A stretch of 64,000 nt of DNA from the human T2T-CHM13v2.0 reference genome, Homo sapiens, in the NCBI RefSeq assembly GCF_009914755.1, contig NC_060933.1; one strand, given 5' to 3'. Shown one piece after another: positions 27,501 to 64,000 of this stretch. The stretch's first letter is position 1. Each line of letters begins with the position of its first letter. The notes beneath the pieces are model-generated. The model did not search any database. It was given only the letters and a program-made list of their open reading frames with translations, and had not been told where the DNA came from. Both the position numbers and the translations under genes were made by a program.

Positions 27501-27597
27501 GCCATGTAAGTAAATGGAGAGAGAAGTGTAAAAAGTCATTTTATAATGGTGAAAAAGCATTTTCTATAATAACATGATTTGACTGTAAAACCAATGA

Positions 27598-28634
<1,037 letters not shown>

Positions 28635-28639
28635 TAACC

Positions 28640-29290
<651 letters not shown>

Positions 29291-29294
29291 ATCT

Positions 29295-30402
<1,108 letters not shown>

Positions 30403-31113
30403 TAATAACGTCATTTGGCCTCAAACATAAGCCATGTTCTCCAACCTAGACTTTATTAATAATGAAAATGACATTTTAATCTTAATCAGCCAGCATCTTT
30501 GACTACAACTAGAATAGTTTTGAATTGAAAAGGAAAAGGGGGGCGGAGGTTGTTGATCTCCTAATAGTGGTGACCTTTTGTTTGATTTTTGAAGACTGAG
30601 TAGAATAAGGTCACCAAGCAAAGATGTGAGAGAGGACTTTGCAGGAAAGGATAATGAGTACAGAGAAAATTTCGTGATCAAAGTTATGGAAACATTAAAG
30701 AGTCTGGTGCACCAGGGAAGTGCCTGGCTGTTGTATTCAGGGTATGTATTGAAATGTGGTAGGAAAAGAGCCTGTTGGGCCATAGGCATGGATCCAGATC
30801 AGTGCTAGCTATATTTGTCTTCAAAACAGAGGTTGTTTTTATCATGTTCTCCACTGGTTTCCTAGCGCTTGGAACAGTGTCTGGCTAAGGGAAAGGAATG
30901 AAAGACATTTTACACTATGTTTAATAAATTTGCATGTTCCCCTGTAAGTGATAGGGGATTTGGTTCTTCAGCCATTCCCTTTCTTCTGTGAGTTAGCTCA
31001 TATCATTTTTTCTTAAGTTAAACATGACCGCTTTCTGTTGCTTGCAACCAAAGAACCCTACCTGATTCAGTTGGCACAGTTCATCCCCTTACAGGAGATA
31101 CATCCCCTGTTAA

Positions 31114-33352
<2,239 letters not shown>

Positions 33353-33554
33353 GTACCAGCTGATGCATTTCTATGTCCAGGGTGTGATATGGCAGACTGT
33401 GGGTTGAATAACCCCATTCTCATTCCCAACCCTGTTTTCCCTTGCCTGCCTCACTTGTACTCACTTTCCCAACAACCTTATAGCAAGCAGTGGCCAGATG
33501 GTATGTATCCCAAAACAGACATGATATCCAGGTAGATATAAATGACTAGAACTG

Positions 33555-35087
<1,533 letters not shown>

Positions 35088-35673
35088 TGACTTCAGACTT
35101 TTTATGATGTGAGAAAAATACACCCCTGATGTCAACTCCTGATGTAAAGTCTGTCCTTGTACTTGAATTAATGTCTGTTACAGAAGACTTGTGACTTATA
35201 ATGATGCTGATTTTGTCCCTAGGGCCACAGGTGGCTATGTTGACTTAAGCCTTAGCCAATTCACATAGAACATTTCCTTGATGACAGTGAATTATTCAGG
35301 GACAGGCATAAGAGCCAAGTCAGGACAATTGGGGCCAAAGAAACTCACTTTCCAGGATATTTTTATAAACTGTCAGAGAAGCAGACTTTTCTTTTCCTGC
35401 AGTAATTGATTAAGAGAAGATATGTGGATTGAGCCGCAGCAGCATCTTGAGGGGGAGAATCTGCCTGAGGCTCGAGCCAGCACAGGAAAAACTGAACCCA
35501 GAGATGAAAAAGAGAAAGTGGGTTCTGGTGACATAGCTCTAGACTCAGTCAAGCCTTATTTGGAGTCAGCCCAACCCCTGGAGTTTTCACATACGTGAGC
35601 CAATAAATTCCCCCTTTTGAAAGCCATTTAGGTTTGGGTTTTCTCTTACATGAAAGCAAAGAATCTTCAGGAG

Positions 35674-36330
35674 ATTGTATTTTTCCAAAGATGGTTCCAT
35701 CAGTATATTTATCCCATTCCACATGCTCTTCTTGCAATAACTGGTACTCTTCCCACTATTGGGTGGGGTTTGTTTTCCCACCCCTGGGTGGGGCTTGTGG
35801 TTGCCGTAACCAAGGAGTATGGCACCATGATGCTATTGACTTACAAGGTACAGATTCTCTCTTTCTCTCTCTCTCAGTGCTTACCTTTGTAACCTGGCCT
35901 CTATATTTTAAGGAAACCTAAGCCACTTGGAGAGGTCACATGTAGGTGTTCTAGCCAACAATCTTAGGTCTCAGGACAGCCAGAATCTATCACCAGATGT
36001 GAGTGAATGAGCCTTCAGGTGATTCTAGCCCCCAGCATTCAAATATTCCAAATGAGACCCTGGCCATCCTGGAGCAGAGACATGCCATTCTGGCTGTGTT
36101 CAATCCAACCTCCGCCTCCTGGGTTCAAGCAATTCTCCTGCCTCAGCCTCCTGAGTAGCTGGGATTACAGGTATGTGCCACCATGCCTAGCTAAATTTTT
36201 TGTATTTTTAGTAGAGATGGGGTCTCGCTATGTTAGCCAGGCTGGTCTGAGAGCACGTGCCCAGATTATCATTGTTTTAATGCAACTAAATTTTGGGGTA
36301 GTTTATTATGTAGCAATAGATATACTAACA
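35674..36330 (+). mobile_element. MLT1 (F/G-like) LTR containing an Alu fragment (36105-36250)
   Basis: agattgtatttttccaaagatgg...cccattccacatgctcttcttgcaa...aattttggggtagtttattatgtagcaatagata..ctaaca. Confidence 0.65.
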
Positions 36331-36390
36331 CGGAGTCCTAATTGATAGAATTGGTATTCTGTGTGAGAGTGGTTTAAGAAGAATAGTAGA

Positions 36391-37736
<1,346 letters not shown>

Positions 37737-37825
37737 AGTAAATTGAAGTATAATTTATATACAATAAAATGCATAGATCTCAAGTATACTGTCCTGTGAG
37801 TTTTAACAGTTGTATTCACTTGGGA

Positions 37826-44597
<6,772 letters not shown>

Positions 44598-45305
44598 CTT
44601 TAGAATGTAGACCCTGATGATCACTATCCAGTCTCTATAATTTTCTCAAGGCCCCATCTCATCTATAATAATCATGTTTGAAATAAGAATTTAGCTATCA
44701 TAGTTCTAGACACATTTACCCAGCAGTTAAAATGAGATGTAAGAGTCCTCTTTATTTATTGTCTTAAGCTGATATGGAGACATCTCATGTACTTGTAATT
44801 TGCTTCCAAGTTCTATCCCCAAAAAGCCAGATTTCAAATTTGAAAAAGGTTGTACAGAGATTATGATGTAGGGCCAGGGGTCAGCAAACTATGACTAGTA
44901 GGCCACATCCTTCCTGTGGGCCAGATCCAGTCTATTGCCTGTTTTTTGTAAAGCCTGAGAGCTAAGAATGGTTCTAATATATTTAAATTAATGAAGAAAA
45001 TCAAAATGAGAGTAATAATAATTACATGAAAATCAAATTTCAGTGTCCATAAATACATTTTTTATTTGAAGACAGCCATGCTTGTTCATTTACTTATTCT
45101 TTATCATTGCTTTTGCATACAAATGCAGAATTGAGTAATTATAACAGAAACTTCATGGCCCACAAAACCTGAAATATCCACTATTCAGATTTTTTTGGGG
45201 TTTCACTATATTGCCCAGGCTGGTCTCAACTCCTGGGCTCCAGAGATCCTCCCACTTTGACCTCCCAAATGCTGAGATTACAGGCATGAGCCACCTCACC
45301 CAACC

Positions 45306-47106
<1,801 letters not shown>

Positions 47107-47419
47107 ATAAATGGCTGTGTGATAGATAAATCTAGGCTCCTGGTTCCCAAAGTCTTGTTCCCAGACTTGCAGCATCACCATCACCTGGAAGCTTGTTTGA
47201 AGTGTAAATTCTCTAGCTTTGTCCCAGACTCACGGAATCAGGAACTTTGGGAGTGGAGCCCAACAGTCAGCATTGCAACAGGCCCTCCTAGTGGTGCTAA
47301 TGCACAGAGGAGCTTGAGAAGCTCAGCAGGTAGAACCTTCGATAGCAGCCTGAATTTCCTGTGACTGTGCATAGCGCCCAGCCTGAAATAAAGTCTCATT
47401 TCTTGAAGAAGAAATTTGT

Positions 47420-48268
<849 letters not shown>

Positions 48269-48269
48269 C

Positions 48270-48960
48270 TATGCAGCACTGATTTATTCCAGATGGGCTG
48301 CTTTCCTCACTGTATTCTTCCTCTATGGGTGAACAAATCCACCTGTTGGTACTTATGCATTCATATGGCATGAATATGCCTTGCTATGGATTATTGCTGT
48401 TCATCATCACTATATGATGGAGAAGGTGAGTGGGGGCAAGCAAGACCTTGCTGGTAGGCAGCAGCAAGCCACTGTTACAGGGAATCCTACAGTCAAGGTT
48501 TGCTCAGCATTTTCCCAATTCAGGGGGTTAGTCCTAGGGTTATTCATCCTCTATCACACAGTTCTCCAAGAATACTTTACTGTGGCATCTCTTAGTTATG
48601 AATGTTACTTCTTTTTCCAAGCTAATGTCACCACAGAACAGTGAAAACTTAGGAGTTCCCTTCCAGGCTATTGTGTTCCTAACTGGTACCTGCGACTTGC
48701 CAAGGATTCACGAGTGCCTTGTTTTGGTGGTTTTCATGTGGCTGTGGCTTGTCTCCAGGCAGGCCTGCAATGAGATATGTGTATCCATGTGGGTGGTCTG
48801 CACAAAGTACAACCATGGGAGTGGTCAGAAGAATTTCATAAGGCTGAACAAATGGGCTTGGCAGGTCTTTCTCCAGAATTCCTTTTGTAGGCCAGTTTCC
48901 CAGCTGCAATGGATGTGTTGGCATGGAGTCCAGTCTTAGCCTCGAGGCCTGCTGAGGCCT
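48270..48960 (-). mobile_element. Orphan ERV1-like internal fragment: integrase C-terminus and probable env N-terminus
   Basis: Minus strand reads PTHPLQLGNW...PYEILLTTP (48817-48840), then after a frameshift PTWIHISHCRPA (core at 48767-48787). Further on, TNRWICSP resembles the env NCWIC motif. Confidence 0.7.
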
Positions 48961-48967
48961 GCGGTTC

Positions 48968-51748
<2,781 letters not shown>

Positions 51749-51999
51749 CTAGAGAGAAATTGTGATGAAGACCCATGGGAAATGTATCAAAGTTGAAATA
51801 CATGGAAAACTTAACTAAATGGTTTAATAAGTACATTTCAATAATATTTTTTAGCATTGTGTCAAAATTATAACGTGGCAAAAACATTAGCTTTTCATAA
51901 AATAACCCTTACTAACGAAATTTAATGGTATTTCCATGTCATTACTCTGCCAATTTAATAATTGGTATTTGGTTCTAAGTCTGTTAAAAGGAGTTTTGA

Positions 52000-52330
<331 letters not shown>

Positions 52331-52749
52331 TGCATGTGCATTTGCAATTACAAATGTAGTGACCCAGGAAGGTTGTACTGACACTCACATTCTAGTAGAT
52401 GCATGGCCAAAAACAATTTGATTTCCCAAAATGGTCAACAACACTTGGTAAGGTTCCCAACCAAACAAAGTACATTTTTCTTACATTTACACAGCAGTTT
52501 GGTTCCTGGAAAATTCGGTGAATGTTAAAACCATGCAAAAATACTTCTCTTTGTGTGTATGTGGAGTGGGGGCGTGTATGTAAAACAGAATCAGCTCAGA
52601 TCATTATAAACAGATTTTTATCTTACAGGAATCTCTGGTGATACAGTGGAAAATCCTAAAAGACACAAAGCAATTATTTGCTATGAAGAGAGTGTGGCAT
52701 CCCTGCCCTCCCCCATTACGTGCTTATAGCGTCTCAATATTTTGTAAAC

Positions 52750-56030
<3,281 letters not shown>

Positions 56031-56109
56031 CTTTGACAATCAAAATTTGCCCACAAATTTCTAAAATATTACCCAGATGGTAGCATTGTGTCTACTGAGA
56101 ATCATTAGA

Positions 56110-57312
<1,203 letters not shown>

Positions 57313-57543
57313 CTAAACTTCAGTTTTCTATCCCTGAGATCTGCAATGATGAAAACCTCAGAGGTTTTTGGCAAAGCTTAAAGTGCCAATATGTGCTGTA
57401 TTTTTAACAAAAACATGCTGCAATTATGATACAATTATTACGGATAGGAAAATTAGAAATATTTGTTATCCAGACCTCATCCAACTCACTCCAACCAATA
57501 TCTGATGACCACATTTTATGTAATATTTAATATGTATTGTCAT

Positions 57544-59383
<1,840 letters not shown>

Positions 59384-59390
59384 TAGGTGA

Positions 59391-60695
<1,305 letters not shown>

Positions 60696-60741
60696 TTGTA
60701 AAGGAGTCATCTCGCCTAACAATGGAACCCGTGATTGGGGT

Positions 60742-60764
60742 CTGCTGCCACCGGGTGGTAGCAG
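60742..60764. promoter_or_regulatory. Candidate CTCF site, near-perfect 23-bp palindrome
   Basis: CTGCTGCCACC-G-GGTGGTAGCAG. The minus strand reads CCACCCGGTGGCAGC, one mismatch from CCACCAGGTGGCAGC. Confidence 0.5.
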
Positions 60765-60873
60765 CATGCCATAGCCGCAGGTTCAAGGAGTAGTAAAAGG
60801 GAAAAAACACTGCTGTGAGATCCCAGACGGCAGGACTTGTCCTCTTCATTGAACCTACAATAAATCATCATGA

Positions 60874-62315
<1,442 letters not shown>

Positions 62316-62635
62316 AATAGTCTAATGCTGTCTAATAGCATGAAATAATAGTTACAATTTATTAAGCCCAAGAACCTTATATCCATATCTCATTTAATTC
62401 TCACAACACCCAGGAATATTAAACCATGGTGTTCATGTTTTGTAAAACAGTGGTGATGCTGGAGTTTGCTGTCAAGACTTGTTCTCAACCATTTCTGTGC
62501 CAATCTTCTGTTTTGGTCTATATTGGAGTCACTTGTCCTTCCTGTCTCCACCCGACATCCCCTTACAGTGGTGCTGTTATTTTTTCTGTTTGTCCCACTG
62601 TCCTCCATTGCCATCCATTCCCCCTGGGAGACTGA

Positions 62636-63814
<1,179 letters not shown>

Positions 63815-63916
63815 GTTTATCCTTTTTCCCTCTGGGCTCCATGCAGGTCCCTTTCCTTCTCCACTTTTGTTCCCAGCAATTTACGGTTTCCTTGATTATC
63901 ATTTCTCTGATAACTA

Positions 63917-64000
63917 TGTTACCAGAAAGGGCTCCTGATGCACATCCTAAGAGAGGGTTCTTGGATCTCACACAAGAAAGAATTCAGGGTGAGTCACTAG
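63917..64000 (-). mobile_element. MER41-type LTR 3' end (runs off the window)
   Basis: tgttaccagaaagggctcctgat...aagagagggttcttggatctcacacaagaaagaattcagggtgagtc is the reverse complement of the MER41 terminus. Confidence 0.8.

Noticed and set aside
48293-48432. Possible plus-strand exon ending at the consensus donor AAG|GTGAGT
   Set aside because: The acceptor is weak and it lies antisense within the ERV fragment. A single donor match is expected by chance in 64 kb.

Overview
Primate (most likely human or other ape) non-coding DNA that is unusually rich in transposable elements. I found no protein-coding exon, tRNA, rRNA or CRISPR array. Roughly 100-110 Alu copies or fragments (J, S and Y types, FLAM/FRAM monomers, many nested) cover about 32 kb, about half of the window by manual tally, and they explain most of the supplied ORFs. 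Other elements: a MER4-group solo LTR (32-805), MLT1 LTRs, a THE1A element with a truncated 3' LTR (37826-41034), a 5'-truncated L1PA (45921-46908), a 5'-only L1PB-type copy (53074-54570), older L1M/L2/MIR/L3 pieces, DNA-transposon relics (MER6, MER58, MER33, MER5, Charlie-type), an orphan ERV pol-to-env fragment (48270-48960) and the end of a MER41-type LTR. I do not see a new multi-gene biological system. The best leads are structural and regulatory: a ~260-bp duplication flanking an AluSp, a 32-bp inverted duplication copying an LTR TATA-like box to the opposite strand, a probable very old CR1-like reverse-transcriptase relic, a head-to-head Alu quasi-palindrome left by a deletion, and candidate RFX/NFI, RFX/CRE and palindromic CTCF sites. 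Repeat names come from recalled consensus sequences, and boundaries are approximate (about 10-20 bp) unless a target-site duplication (TSD) is cited.
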